Assembly (NCBI GenBank): GCA_016839805.1
Contig: JAEOTO010000015.1
Span: 32,001-96,000, forward strand
Source: Candidatus Hermodarchaeota archaeon
GTDB lineage: Archaea; Asgardarchaeota; Hermodarchaeia; Hermodarchaeales; Hermodarchaeaceae
Direction of reading: 5' to 3'
Length of the DNA stretch: 64,000 nt
Shown: positions 37,531 through 47,853 of the stretch, one piece after another
How positions within the stretch are numbered: position 1 is the first letter of the stretch
How the letters are laid out: each line of letters opens with the position of its first letter
Notes under the pieces: generated by a model
Told to the model about the DNA's origin: nothing
Databases searched by the model: none
Seen by the model: only the letters and a program-made list of their open reading frames with translations
Program-made: the position numbers and the translations under genes

Positions 37531-39984
37531 TTACCCATCACCTCCACCATAGACCATACGCTGTAGAATTGTTGGATCTGGAATGGGCTTCTCTTGCCAT
37601 TTGTGTTCTTTCATGTGAACGTGGATTTTATCTTTAAGGGTGATGGGGATATCCGATTCTCGGCGAATGAAGCTATGTACGTCGTCAGGGAAGTAACCAT
37701 AGTACCGTTCATGAAGATCGATGTAGTGGCTGAGCTTTATGGACCGACCTCTGCTAGTGTCGTTGGGTCGGAAGCAAAGCTTTGCGGTCATTACCATGCA
37801 CTCTTCCATAGTTTCTACTGCATAGAAGAGGTGTTCAGGAGCTGGCGCAATTTGGACTTGGTTGCCAGTTCGTGCATCGTACACCTTCCAGTCCTCTGCT
37901 TTGTCTGCACGTCCAAGTAACATTCGGCGATATTTCGTTCCATGTGGACCAACGATTACTGGAACTCCAAGGCGCCAAAAGCCAGAAGCAATTGAAGCTG
38001 CTTTTTGTGACATAGCGCCCCAAGATATACCAACTGCACCAACTCGGTTGAGGATGTAGTCAGCGATTTCTTCATAGTTTCCACGAAGGTTACGTTTCGC
38101 GAAGATGCTTGCAATTTTGATGGCAGCACCCGCAATGTGGGGATTCGAAACACAGGAGCCCACGTTAACGACACCACCTGCATCAAAAGCGCCCGTACGT
38201 CGTTCGTAGATACTTTTTCCTTCTTCGTCTTTAACAGTACCAACAGTCATAGCTGCGCAACCAGAGAGTACAATGATGAAGCGGCGTTTTGCGAATTCTT
38301 CAGCCATGTCATGAATTGCTCGTCCTCCGTCAGGATAATTAGCACATCCAACATGTGCAATTACGCCTGGGATTTCTCCGAAAACAACAGGTTGCCCCAC
38401 GGCCCGTATCTCTGTATCTTTGATGGCACCACGCCCTGTCCGAACCTTAAAGGACTCGTTCATCCAACGATCTTTTGCTGCAGTAACCATCCAGCTATGA
38501 AGCTCATATTCGTTGGGACAAGCTGATTCACATCGCGCACATCCAATGCATTCATCATAAACATCTACAAGTGGACCAAAGTTTCCTTCAGATGCTGCTA
38601 GTACTGCTTCCATGACTGGTTGATCATTGGGACAAGCCCTTCGGCATTCTGAACATTGTCGGCAGGTTTGGGCGAGTTCTTTAATTTTGTTCTTGCTTGG
38701 CAATGAGGATTTCTTCTTACGTTTTGGTTTCACAGCCAGAGCAGTCTTTACGACTACTTCACCCACTTTACTATGGTCGCCAATGAAGACTCCAGGCACT
38801 TTAAAGGAGACTAAATCAGCAACAATCGCATCCACATCATCATTTGTACGATCTGGTAAGCCCATACAAGATTTATCACAAGTAGCAATAACTGGTGTTT
38901 TGACTTTTGCTGCATGCAATGGAATATCTGTCCGAATACATTGTTCATCAACAACCAAAACGTCAGCTAAGCCACTTCGCACAAAACGTAGTTGCCAAGA
39001 GATAGGACCGACAATCTTGGCTTTGGAGTCATGTCTGGTTATATCCCAGGCTGTGCAGCAAATTCCACTGACATCGACCTTATCTTGGAGTCCGTGCTCC
39101 ATTGAATAATCAGTTATCGCTGCAGCGGGAACAACATTGTGTCCGATACATAGGATCGTAGCTTTTGACTGATCCATGGAGGCGATGCCAGCTTCAACTA
39201 ATGGTGCCTCTGGATCTGATTGGGGAAAGCCCATTGTGGAGATTTGAACCAGATCCGCGATTTCCATCCCCACTTGGTCAATCATTCCAGCATGAAGTAC
39301 CTTTGATTCAAAGTCTAACCAACTGCCCTCTTGACCCGTATGGACTGCTGACAAAGTATGTGTAAGTTGAGTTTCACAATAATCGATAATCGATGACGCA
39401 TCTTCTAAAGAACGAGGGCGAATTCCAGTTACTAACCGTGAAACAGGAGCTTCAATATCTACACCCTCGCCTTGCGTTAAAGGTGTTCGTGGACCAAATT
39501 CATGAATCAAATGATCAACAAGATGTCGAGCATGCGCCAAGTGTGCCGCACACCCGATGTTCGCGGCAGCCAACACAATTCGTGCGGACTGTCCCTTAAT
39601 GTCCAGACCACAAGCTCCGCGTTTTCCACCCGTCAGGTCACATTTACCGAAGGTACAAAGACAGCACAGCTGACAAGCTGGCATGTATGAGGGTTGGTAA
39701 CGCTTCAGGAGTTTGTGGTCCCAATCGCGAAGCGTGGTGACTTCTGGCATGGGAGTTGGTCCCATGGGTTCGTCCCAGTCTTCATCGATAACTCTGCCAA
39801 TACTGACTTCGACGTTGCGGAAACTTCCGAAACCGGTGTCAAGTCGATCGGCTCGTATTCGGGCCCGTTTTTGTTCTGTCAATGTGGTTCGTTCCTTCCA
39901 TTTGCGCGCATAGTAGGAGGGAAATATTGGTGAAATAGTAGCAGTTTCGCCTTTAAGTTTTGATGCTTCTGCAAGGTTTTGCAT
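37531..39984 (-). CDS. cdhA: CODH/ACS complex alpha subunit (Ni-CODH)
   Basis: PMGPTP.P, C.LCCLCTFGKC, GHN, GICCT, DEQC, GC, SGC and GSCVSN motifs; two ferredoxin motifs; real start probably TTG at 39882. Confidence 0.95.
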   Translation of the reverse strand: MQNLAEASKLKGETATISPIFPSYYARKWKERTTLTEQKRARIRADRLDTGFGSFRNVEVSIGRVIDEDWDEPMGPTPMPEVTTLRDWDHKLLKRYQPSYMPACQLCCLCTFGKCDLTGGKRGACGLDIKGQSARIVLAAANIGCAAHLAHARHLVDHLIHEFGPRTPLTQGEGVDIEAPVSRLVTGIRPRSLEDASSIIDYCETQLTHTLSAVHTGQEGSWLDFESKVLHAGMIDQVGMEIADLVQISTMGFPQSDPEAPLVEAGIASMDQSKATILCIGHNVVPAAAITDYSMEHGLQDKVDVSGICCTAWDITRHDSKAKIVGPISWQLRFVRSGLADVLVVDEQCIRTDIPLHAAKVKTPVIATCDKSCMGLPDRTNDDVDAIVADLVSFKVPGVFIGDHSKVGEVVVKTALAVKPKRKKKSSLPSKNKIKELAQTCRQCSECRRACPNDQPVMEAVLAASEGNFGPLVDVYDECIGCARCESACPNEYELHSWMVTAAKDRWMNESFKVRTGRGAIKDTEIRAVGQPVVFGEIPGVIAHVGCANYPDGGRAIHDMAEEFAKRRFIIVLSGCAAMTVGTVKDEEGKSIYERRTGAFDAGGVVNVGSCVSNPHIAGAAIKIASIFAKRNLRGNYEEIADYILNRVGAVGISWGAMSQKAASIASGFWRLGVPVIVGPHGTKYRRMLLGRADKAEDWKVYDARTGNQVQIAPAPEHLFYAVETMEECMVMTAKLCFRPNDTSRGRSIKLSHYIDLHERYYGYFPDDVHSFIRRESDIPITLKDKIHVHMKEHKWQEKPIPDPTILQRMVYGGGDG

Positions 39985-40093
39985 TAACGGTGTATATGTT
40001 CAGGGCTTACTGACCGTCAACTTAACATCCACAATCCACTTAGCACTCACAGTAATTCGATGGTGAAAATGAATAGAGAATTATATTCATGTC

Positions 40094-41164
40094 TCACCAC
40101 TGTCTGCGTTTTACGAGGTAAATTATTACACCAATTAAAAGAATGCAACCACACAAGCTCACAACGATTATGAGTTGTAATTCGATTGGAATGGGGCTAA
40201 TCGCTGAAGATCTATTTATAGCGAAGAAATCGATTGCTGTATTATCAGGTTGCATTACTGTAACGGTAACTTGGGTTGGGTTGACGTCGATTTTACAGTA
40301 GTGATAGGTGCGATTCGCGACGTCGCCTTCTTGCCAATGTGGGGCGGTTGGATCTGGAGTATAGAGTGAGGCTCCACCACCCCCGCTGACAACATAATAG
40401 ATGTCATCTCGGACACACCGATAATAATAGTGGTCATGTCCATGAAAAACGAGGTCTATGTCATATTGAACGAAGAGCTGGTGAAATTCATGGCAAATGG
40501 TTTCTGCCTGGGACCATCGATCTACTCGATTTTGGTTAACTGACCATGCCGGTCGATGATATGAGGCTACGATAAAGTCTGAAGGCTGGGTATGTGCTAA
40601 ATCATTGATGAGCCAATCCATTTGGGGTTGTGAGCAGTTGTAGGTTTCGGTACCATAATCAAAGTAGTCTTCAGTATTTAGGATGATAAAATGGACGCCT
40701 CCAAAGTCAAAGGAGTAATGGAGCTCTGTTTCTCCTGGGGTGTCGATAACATTGGAGAAGTTGAAGAACCGTTGGTATTGGGTAAAATTCTCATCGAACA
40801 CATCCCATTGGTCTGTGTATTTTTCGTGGTTGCCTACAACACCGAAAAGGGATATTCCAGCATCCCAGAGAGGTTGAATCGAGGCATTGAAACTGAGCCA
40901 CTGGTTCCAGATACCACCTCGGTTCACCATGTCTCCCGTATGAATAATGAGATCAGGATTTTGCTGCATATACGCTGTTACAATTTCCGAATGTATCGGT
41001 GCGACTGCAGAATCACCCCCTCCACGAGTATCTCCATAGGCGATGAATGTGAAACCTAAGGGTGATTGAGCGTCTATTCGAGTTTGCATTATTCCTAGGG
41101 GCGTAGATGTTGTCAATATTAGCAACATGATAGATATGAACGTGGTTTTGATTGTTTGAGGCAT
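40094..41164 (-). CDS. Secreted, membrane-anchored metallophosphoesterase (purple acid phosphatase-like)
   Basis: YGDT, HTGD.V, GNHE, H.P, GHDH.Y and GGGG motifs; C-terminal TM + KRR. Confidence 0.88.
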   Translation of the reverse strand: MPQTIKTTFISIMLLILTTSTPLGIMQTRIDAQSPLGFTFIAYGDTRGGGDSAVAPIHSEIVTAYMQQNPDLIIHTGDMVNRGGIWNQWLSFNASIQPLWDAGISLFGVVGNHEKYTDQWDVFDENFTQYQRFFNFSNVIDTPGETELHYSFDFGGVHFIILNTEDYFDYGTETYNCSQPQMDWLINDLAHTQPSDFIVASYHRPAWSVNQNRVDRWSQAETICHEFHQLFVQYDIDLVFHGHDHYYYRCVRDDIYYVVSGGGGASLYTPDPTAPHWQEGDVANRTYHYCKIDVNPTQVTVTVMQPDNTAIDFFAINRSSAISPIPIELQLIIVVSLCGCILLIGVIIYLVKRRQW

Positions 41165-41360
41165 AATTGTTAACCTTGCATAAAGCGTTTAAAATGGACA
41201 ATTTCATTTTGTCATTAATCATACAAAAACAAAGTGTCACCAGCAATCATCGAGAAAAAATGTTATACATTCGTGAGGATAGCAGTTGTTTTACAATGTA
41301 CAAGAAAAATAAAGGTTTAAGTAAAACCTTCAAGTGATTTTGGAAGTGAGGTGATGGTAT

Positions 41361-41654
41361 ATGCCAATCTATATTACCCTCATGAAATTAACCGCTCAAG
41401 GTGTAAAAAATATCAAGGATGCGCCAAAGCGCATTGAATCAGGAATCAAATATCTTGAACGGCTAGGTGGCAAACTCTTAGCCTTCTATGTGACTTTCGG
41501 AGAATACGACTACATCGGGATTGCTGAAGCTCCCAATGATGAAGTAGCAATGCGATTCCTCGTAGGTTTAGGTTCAGCTGGTAACGTGAAAACAACCACG
41601 TTGAAAGCCTATTCGAAAGAAGAATTTGCGAAGGTCATTGAAAAGGTTCCCTAA
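41361..41654 (+). CDS. GYD domain protein
   Basis: Y.TL...T.QG, GG.....Y.T.G.YD, EAP and G.V.T.TL.A motifs. Confidence 0.88.
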   Translation: MPIYITLMKLTAQGVKNIKDAPKRIESGIKYLERLGGKLLAFYVTFGEYDYIGIAEAPNDEVAMRFLVGLGSAGNVKTTTLKAYSKEEFAKVIEKVP

Positions 41655-41750
41655 CTCACAAAATAACAAATCATCATAAACCACGTAAATCGGATTAGTG
41701 GAAACTGTAACAGTAATTTTCCATTTGCGGTCATCGACTAGTCTGTATCA

Positions 41751-42215
41751 TTAACGACCTAACCCTCGATGTTGGAAGCAGAACCATCGACCATTCCTAT
41801 AATAGTTGCCCGAATCCCCGCAGACACAACAAGTGTTGATCTCATTCGATGCTATAAATCGCTGTTTACCGCGAAGAAGGTTGCTCTCTAGGGGCAAACT
41901 AAGATCACGGTAACAGAACCAACAACGTAAGGCATCAGGGTGACAAAAGCTCTGGCACCGTGGACAGAGGTACCCACCACTTTCATCGCGCTTCAATGTC
42001 TTCTGATAAAAAACGTAACACCATGCGAGTCCTAACAAAACGCTTTCAACAACAAGAATCCCACCCGTTAACTGCACATAGAATAAGGAAAGTCTTGCTG
42101 CAGTTTCCACAGGTCCCCAAAAATTCAATCCACTGGTAAGGAGCCACGAACCTACCAATAATACCCCAGTATTCAGGATAAAGGGGATAATATCTTCAAA
42201 TTGCGAAGTTTCCAT
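41751..42215 (-). CDS. Two-TM membrane protein with two C-terminal Zn-finger motifs
   Basis: CPRC..CWFC and CCVC..FCFQH. Confidence 0.65.
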   Translation of the reverse strand: METSQFEDIIPFILNTGVLLVGSWLLTSGLNFWGPVETAARLSLFYVQLTGGILVVESVLLGLAWCYVFYQKTLKRDESGGYLCPRCQSFCHPDALRCWFCYRDLSLPLESNLLRGKQRFIASNEINTCCVCGDSGNYYRNGRWFCFQHRGLGR

Positions 42216-42338
42216 TAAATCAACGCACTAACTATGTGTCTCATTTCTTAACTAAAAACCATTTCATTTCGGATGAAAAGCCATTCAATTTCCATTGGCA
42301 CAGTCCCGTGATGGACTAATCGTAGTGGGATTAATCTT

Positions 42339-43541
42339 CTATTCAATTGGGATTTTTCGTCCATTTATGTAGACTTCGGAGACTTCACTATAGAATTCAA
42401 ATGGATGACTGGTCCACACAACGATATCAGCATCTTTTCCGGGTTCAAAGGAACCAATACGATCCTGTAGATTTAGAATCTGAGCAGGATTAATTGTGAC
42501 ACATTTTAGGGCGTCTTCTCGACTCATACCGTGTTTGATGGCATACATGGGCAAGAGCGGAAAATAATGCATGGGTGTCAACGAATCCGTTTGCAGCGCA
42601 ACTTTGACTCCAGCCTTATTGAGGATCACTGCGGTCTTGAACCCACGTTCGCGGGTTTCCGGTTTAGAGACCCAAAAAATCGTCGGACCGATTACAGCAG
42701 GAATGTCACTCTTTGCGATGACTTTCGCAATTTTGTGGCCTTCTGTGCAGTGGATCAAAACGAGGTGGAGATTGAATTCCTTAGCGATTCGAATAATCGT
42801 AGCAATATCATCAGCTCGGTGGGCATGGGCATGCAGAGGTATTTCACGTTTCAGTATCTTAGCGATGGTTTCAAGGCCGAGATCACGTTTAGGAGGTTTG
42901 GGTGCTACTTCTTTTTTCTTCTTGGACTCTTTTACTTTAGCTCCAAAGGCTTTCCATTCATCAAGATAATTTTGACCATCGGTGAGTGTTTTTCGGATTA
43001 ATGCTGCAACGCCCATTCGGGTCATCGGCATACGTTTATTTTCATGTCCATGGACACGCTTTGGATTTTCCCCCAGAGCAATTTTGAGACCAGAAGGTGA
43101 CAAGACAATCATCTCGTCGACGACACCCTCAGGTAGTGGTTTAATAACAAAACATTCGCCCGATATCACGTTACCTGACCCAGGACCGGTATTCACGGTG
43201 GTAACACCACCTTTGAGAATTTCTTTGATAGATGGTTCAAAAGGATAGAAGCCATCCATCCCTCGCATTTCAGGTGTGACTGGTGTTGTCATCTCATTGC
43301 CATCCATGCCCATGGGACCAATACTTCCATCAAAGAGTCCATGATGGGCATGTGCCTCAATAAATCCAGGCACAACATACTGTCCCTCAACATCAATGGT
43401 TTTCGTCTTACTTGGGATTGGTATTGATTTCCCTACATCAACAATTTTACCACGATCGAAAAGCAAAGTGCCTTTCTCAATATGTCCCTTCACAGGACAA
43501 AGAATCGTTGCATTGGTAATTGCTTTCAATAAATTCACCAA
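42339..43541 (-). CDS. Amidohydrolase superfamily protein
   Basis: PGFIEAHAH.G, K.ALGENPK, HAHRADD, H.TE, TD and NPA motifs. Confidence 0.9.
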   Translation of the reverse strand: MVNLLKAITNATILCPVKGHIEKGTLLFDRGKIVDVGKSIPIPSKTKTIDVEGQYVVPGFIEAHAHHGLFDGSIGPMGMDGNEMTTPVTPEMRGMDGFYPFEPSIKEILKGGVTTVNTGPGSGNVISGECFVIKPLPEGVVDEMIVLSPSGLKIALGENPKRVHGHENKRMPMTRMGVAALIRKTLTDGQNYLDEWKAFGAKVKESKKKKEVAPKPPKRDLGLETIAKILKREIPLHAHAHRADDIATIIRIAKEFNLHLVLIHCTEGHKIAKVIAKSDIPAVIGPTIFWVSKPETRERGFKTAVILNKAGVKVALQTDSLTPMHYFPLLPMYAIKHGMSREDALKCVTINPAQILNLQDRIGSFEPGKDADIVVWTSHPFEFYSEVSEVYINGRKIPIE

Positions 43542-43594
43542 CGCATCAATTAGCCCTGTTAGTTGAGAAAAGCTTTGCGTGATATAGGTTTTCG

Positions 43595-44203
43595 TTAGTC
43601 TTTTGGTTTACGAAGTTTTGGAAAGATAGCTCCGGTCCGTTTTTGGTACTCGCGATACTCATCCCCAAAGCGTTTGATGAGATCCTCTTCCTCATAATGG
43701 ATGATAATAGGACTAACGATGATAATCATGATGATGGCCCAAATAACTAGGAAAAGGGAGTTAATGAAGAGAGGAATGATAACAAACCAGGGCATCTCGC
43801 CTACGGCTTGGGGGTGTCGAATGTAGTTGTAGATACCGCCATACATTTGTGTAGTTTCGGAGGGTATCATGGTTTCCGGACCAGCATCTTTGATACCTTT
43901 GATCCAAATAGGTGTGAATATGATAGCAAGAATTACGCCAATGAGGATGCTTACGAGATGACAAGGGTTAACGAACCAGGCTAGTTCTTGAATCGGGAAC
44001 CATATCCACAGGATAAAATTTATCGTCATAACTCCCATGAGGATTCCCGATGTGGCTCGGAACCGTTTAGAATCTTGCCAGGCTTTCTCACCATATTTTT
44101 CAGAACGAGAAGCTGGTTGAACGCTAAGGATGTAAAAGTACCAACAAAATATCGCTGCAATATTTAGGATAATGAAATTTGCCCAAGGAATTAATGTCAT
44201 CAC
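43595..44203 (-). CDS. ICMT/PEMT-family integral membrane methyltransferase (copy 3)
   Basis: GGIYNYIRHPQ..GE and EE..L..RFG..Y.EY motifs. Confidence 0.85.
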   Translation of the reverse strand: MMTLIPWANFIILNIAAIFCWYFYILSVQPASRSEKYGEKAWQDSKRFRATSGILMGVMTINFILWIWFPIQELAWFVNPCHLVSILIGVILAIIFTPIWIKGIKDAGPETMIPSETTQMYGGIYNYIRHPQAVGEMPWFVIIPLFINSLFLVIWAIIMIIIVSPIIIHYEEEDLIKRFGDEYREYQKRTGAIFPKLRKPKD

Positions 44204-44823
44204 GAGTCAGCTTTTGTAATTTTAGTCCGATTCCTTCTAAGTTTGGGGATTAGTGCAGGTATAAGTTTTCGATAGTCAATGTAGTCTTGACCAAATCTTT
44301 TCACCAAATCTTTCTCTTCAAAATAAATCGCGAGAGGCGTATAGATCAGGACGAATAATGTCATCCATAATACTAGAAACCAGGAATTCAAGAAAAATCC
44401 TAGAGCAATATACAAGGGCATTTCCCCCAAAGCTCCTGGATGTCGAATGTGGTTATAGATTCCTTCATGCATTGTCGTTTCTTCATGTGCTGCACCATGT
44501 TCCTTTCCACCATCTTTCATTGCCTTGAACATGATAATAGAAAAGGGGGTAGCGATTCCAATCCCCAAAGCCATTGGAATAAATGGATTTAAACTAATAG
44601 GCCAGATGAATGAGGGAATCGGGAACCAAAGCCAAAGAATAGCATTGATGATTACAATGAAGATGGCAATGAAGCAGATTTGTCGGAGCCAAAAGCATCT
44701 TCGCCAAGCCTTTTCTCCCCATCTCTCTGACAACGTTATGGGTAATGTGCTTAATATACTTGTAACTGAAAAAATCACGACGAACACATACATGCTAACA
44801 AAATTCAACCAATTACCAATCAC
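44200..44823 (-). CDS. ICMT/PEMT-family membrane methyltransferase (copy 2)
   Basis: GIYNHIRHP...GE and EEKDL..RFG..Y.DY motifs. Confidence 0.85.
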   Translation of the reverse strand: MIGNWLNFVSMYVFVVIFSVTSILSTLPITLSERWGEKAWRRCFWLRQICFIAIFIVIINAILWLWFPIPSFIWPISLNPFIPMALGIGIATPFSIIMFKAMKDGGKEHGAAHEETTMHEGIYNHIRHPGALGEMPLYIALGFFLNSWFLVLWMTLFVLIYTPLAIYFEEKDLVKRFGQDYIDYRKLIPALIPKLRRNRTKITKADS

Positions 44824-44998
44824 ATTATCGACTCTTTTCTTAGTTGAATTTTTGATCGATGATTATTCTTTAGGGAACTATATATAAAAAGTTAAATTTA
44901 AATGTTAATTAATTGCTATAATTATTAGTATTTATTCTAATATAATACTGAGTGCCTATAATAAATACCCCAACAAACGCAACATAAATTTTGACTGT

Positions 44999-45607
44999 TC
45001 AATTGGAATCGTTCCTTTTCTTTAATTTAGGGAAAAGGGCTCCAGTCCGTTGTTGATATTCACAGTATTCATCACCAAATCGTCGAATCAAATCCTTTTC
45101 CTCGACATAAATCATGATTGGAAGATAAATAAGAATGAAGATAAATGTGTAGACTAACAGGAAGAGAGAATTAACTACGAAGACTAAGACAAAGTACCAG
45201 CTCATTTCACCAAGTGTTTGGGGATGTCGGATGTAGTTGTAGATACCGCCAAACATTTTTGTTTTTGTTGATGGTGTCTTCGCTTCATCCCCAGATTCTT
45301 TTAGACCCTTGTACACAATAGGCAGGGTGCTGAAAAAGATGATGAAGGCAATGGCGTATCCAATCCATGGATTGAAGAATATTAGCCAGGCGAGTTGGGG
45401 AACTGGAAACCATAGCCAAAGAAACATGGTGAAAAGTTGAATGACCATGAAAATTGTGCCAATTGTTCTGAACCGTTCACAGAGTTTCCAGGCGTTTGGT
45501 CCACGTTTTTCTGCTAATTTTGCAGGCATAAGACTGGGGATGTAGAATCCTGCAAAGAGTGCACCACTGATGAACAGCATAGCAAGGTTGAACCATGGGA
45601 TTAGCAC
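44999..45607 (-). CDS. ICMT/PEMT-family membrane methyltransferase (copy 1)
   Basis: GGIYNYIRHPQ..GE and EEKDL.RRFG..Y.EY motifs. Confidence 0.85.
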   Translation of the reverse strand: MLIPWFNLAMLFISGALFAGFYIPSLMPAKLAEKRGPNAWKLCERFRTIGTIFMVIQLFTMFLWLWFPVPQLAWLIFFNPWIGYAIAFIIFFSTLPIVYKGLKESGDEAKTPSTKTKMFGGIYNYIRHPQTLGEMSWYFVLVFVVNSLFLLVYTFIFILIYLPIMIYVEEKDLIRRFGDEYCEYQQRTGALFPKLKKRNDSN

Positions 45608-45673
45608 TAACTGTTCCCCGATTTTCTTGTAGTCGATCTTCTGGTATTTTAGTCTAAATGAATAAATAGTGAA

Positions 45674-46468
45674 TTATAAACTTAAGTGCCTACGCAGTTC
45701 TGGAATAAGACCCTGGATGGCGTTGATAGCTGGGGAATCAGCCGCAAAATCTAATGGGGCAATACCTTCGATATTGGCTTGGCGGATGGCCTTATCAAAG
45801 GGTATTACAGTGAGTAGAGGGATATTCAACTCATTTAGAGTTGTTTCGATAACTTCTTTGTCGGTTTCGTCCATTACCTTATTCGCTATTGCAAAGACTG
45901 TATCGACACCGATATCATGGGCGAGTTTCATGATTCGTCCCACGGTATTGATGGATGTCTGACTTGGCTCAACTACAACAAGTAATGCATCCATTCCCTT
46001 TGATGTGCCTCGACCAAGGTTTTCAATTCCTGCTTCAAGATCCATCACAAAGGCTTCATCCATTCCAACAATTAAGTACCGAATTAGCGCCTTCAGAAGA
46101 GCACCTGCAGGACACATACATCCGGATCCTCCAATGGTAACGGTTCCAGCGACAAGGAGGGTAACATTATCTGGTCCAGCTATTCCAAATTTATCTGCTA
46201 AATCGGCTACGTGCGGATTGAGTTTGAACATCTGACCATAAACTTTGGGATCCATACCTGTTCGTTCTTTCACTAATTCATCGTTTTCAGTTAGTGGGAT
46301 AATCTTGTCAGCAACATCAGAAGGAATACCTAACGTTGCAGCCAATGTTGGTGTGGGATCAGCATCTACAGCAAGTACTCGGATACCCTCTCGGCCTAAT
46401 AGACGAGCTAGGGTTCCTGAAACAAGAGTCTTGCCGACACCACCTTTTCCAGCTACTGCGATTTTCAT
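45674..46468 (-). CDS. cooC: CooC-type nickel-insertion ATPase
   Basis: MKIAVAGKGGVGKT, DADP, GSGCMCP and D.EAG.E.LGRG motifs. Confidence 0.9.
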   Translation of the reverse strand: MKIAVAGKGGVGKTLVSGTLARLLGREGIRVLAVDADPTPTLAATLGIPSDVADKIIPLTENDELVKERTGMDPKVYGQMFKLNPHVADLADKFGIAGPDNVTLLVAGTVTIGGSGCMCPAGALLKALIRYLIVGMDEAFVMDLEAGIENLGRGTSKGMDALLVVVEPSQTSINTVGRIMKLAHDIGVDTVFAIANKVMDETDKEVIETTLNELNIPLLTVIPFDKAIRQANIEGIAPLDFAADSPAINAIQGLIPELRRHLSL

Positions 46469-46532
46469 TCAATCACCAACTGCGCGTAGGTACATTTAGC
46501 TATTGCTTAAAACCTTCGCCTTTCCCACCATC

Positions 46533-47822
46533 CTACAAAACGGCTAACCATGATGCCAGCTGTTCTAACACTTGTACTTCAGTAGGAATGTTAGCTGGTG
46601 GCTTAGTTATAGGTTGAACGGGAACAGCGGATCCATCCATTCGGTAAACTACACCAGTCGTTTCTACGCCTGTTACAGCTGTAGGAATCACAACTGTAGA
46701 TTCACGTGTTGTAAGACTGGGATGGGTTGAAAGGGTGATGAGTGGAATTTTCTCAAGCGCCCTTGCGATTGGCGCAGGTAACATACTGAGTGGGTCCCAA
46801 CCCACGATTAGTGCAGCATCGAACTCGTTAGCGATGAGTCCTTTAAAGACTGATTTGTAGGGTCTAGGGGGTTGACGGTTGAAATCCACTGAATAGGGTA
46901 TTTTTGTATCAGTTTGGCTTGCTGTCACAACGCCTATACTATTACAATATGCGACCATAGGAAGAGTAACGCATGGTCGGCTCTTCTTGTTTAATACTCG
47001 AGCGACCTTCGAAAGTAATGGTAATGTTTTCGAAGCATGAGGTGAATGGAGTAACCCATTTCCATAAAAGATTGCGATGTAGTTCGCTTCTTGAATTTGT
47101 TTAGCAAAACTGAGAAACTCGATGGCGGGTATTCCTCCAACTTTGACAGGTGGGGTTCCAGTTGTGCCCTTGATTTCAGTTAGGAGCGTAGTTAAAAACT
47201 GTTCATCACCATTCTTGAATTCGAGAATGAGTTGGTGGTTGGCCAGTCGCATGGATTCAGTCTGTCGAATATCTAATACGGCAACGGTTCGACTTTCCCG
47301 ACCCTCTGGTATTTTTTCTCCTGTTGGGAAGACAGTATAACGGCTGGCATGGCGGTGGTGGCTCTCGGCTGGGTTGACGCCCCAATAGACGATGAAATCT
47401 GCAAGGTTCCGGATATCCTCGAGGTTAACTGTTCCTGTTTCACCACCCACTAACTTATGTTGACGAAGTTGACCATACTCAAAGCTTGCGGTGCTATCAT
47501 AGACTCCCTTCAAAGACTTGGCAAGTTTCAAACCTAAATGTGAAACTTCGATTGGACTATTGGACCAACCAATTAGCAAGGGACGTTGACTCGAGGAGAG
47601 AATGGAACTTGCTTCTTCATAGGCTTTTTTGAATGGAATAGTTTTAGCACTTGTTGATTTGGCTTTCATCTGAGCTTTCTTTAGCCGCGTTTGACTTCGT
47701 ATTGACGAATAATAAGCATGACCAAGAGCACATAATCCGAGTGACTGAATGCCAGTTTTTGTTACTTTTGCAGCTACATCATCACAGACAACAGAGCATC
47801 CGCAACAAACCGTATCTTGCAT
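46533..47822 (-). CDS. Formylmethanofuran dehydrogenase subunit B-like protein lacking the W/Mo-ligand Cys
   Basis: C.GC...CDD...C [4Fe-4S] ligands; G..NP..SH.RH.SRY; G..YRMDG; DSTASFEYG where FwdB has D..ASVCHG. Confidence 0.8.
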   Translation of the reverse strand: MQDTVCCGCSVVCDDVAAKVTKTGIQSLGLCALGHAYYSSIRSQTRLKKAQMKAKSTSAKTIPFKKAYEEASSILSSSQRPLLIGWSNSPIEVSHLGLKLAKSLKGVYDSTASFEYGQLRQHKLVGGETGTVNLEDIRNLADFIVYWGVNPAESHHRHASRYTVFPTGEKIPEGRESRTVAVLDIRQTESMRLANHQLILEFKNGDEQFLTTLLTEIKGTTGTPPVKVGGIPAIEFLSFAKQIQEANYIAIFYGNGLLHSPHASKTLPLLSKVARVLNKKSRPCVTLPMVAYCNSIGVVTASQTDTKIPYSVDFNRQPPRPYKSVFKGLIANEFDAALIVGWDPLSMLPAPIARALEKIPLITLSTHPSLTTRESTVVIPTAVTGVETTGVVYRMDGSAVPVQPITKPPANIPTEVQVLEQLASWLAVL

Positions 47823-47853
47823 AAATTCCCCGACCTACAGGAATGTGCATCCA

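Noticed and set aside
37594-39933. Many short antisense or alternate-frame ORFs here and throughout the track
   Set aside because: They lie within well-supported genes and show no motifs, so they are treated as shadow ORFs.
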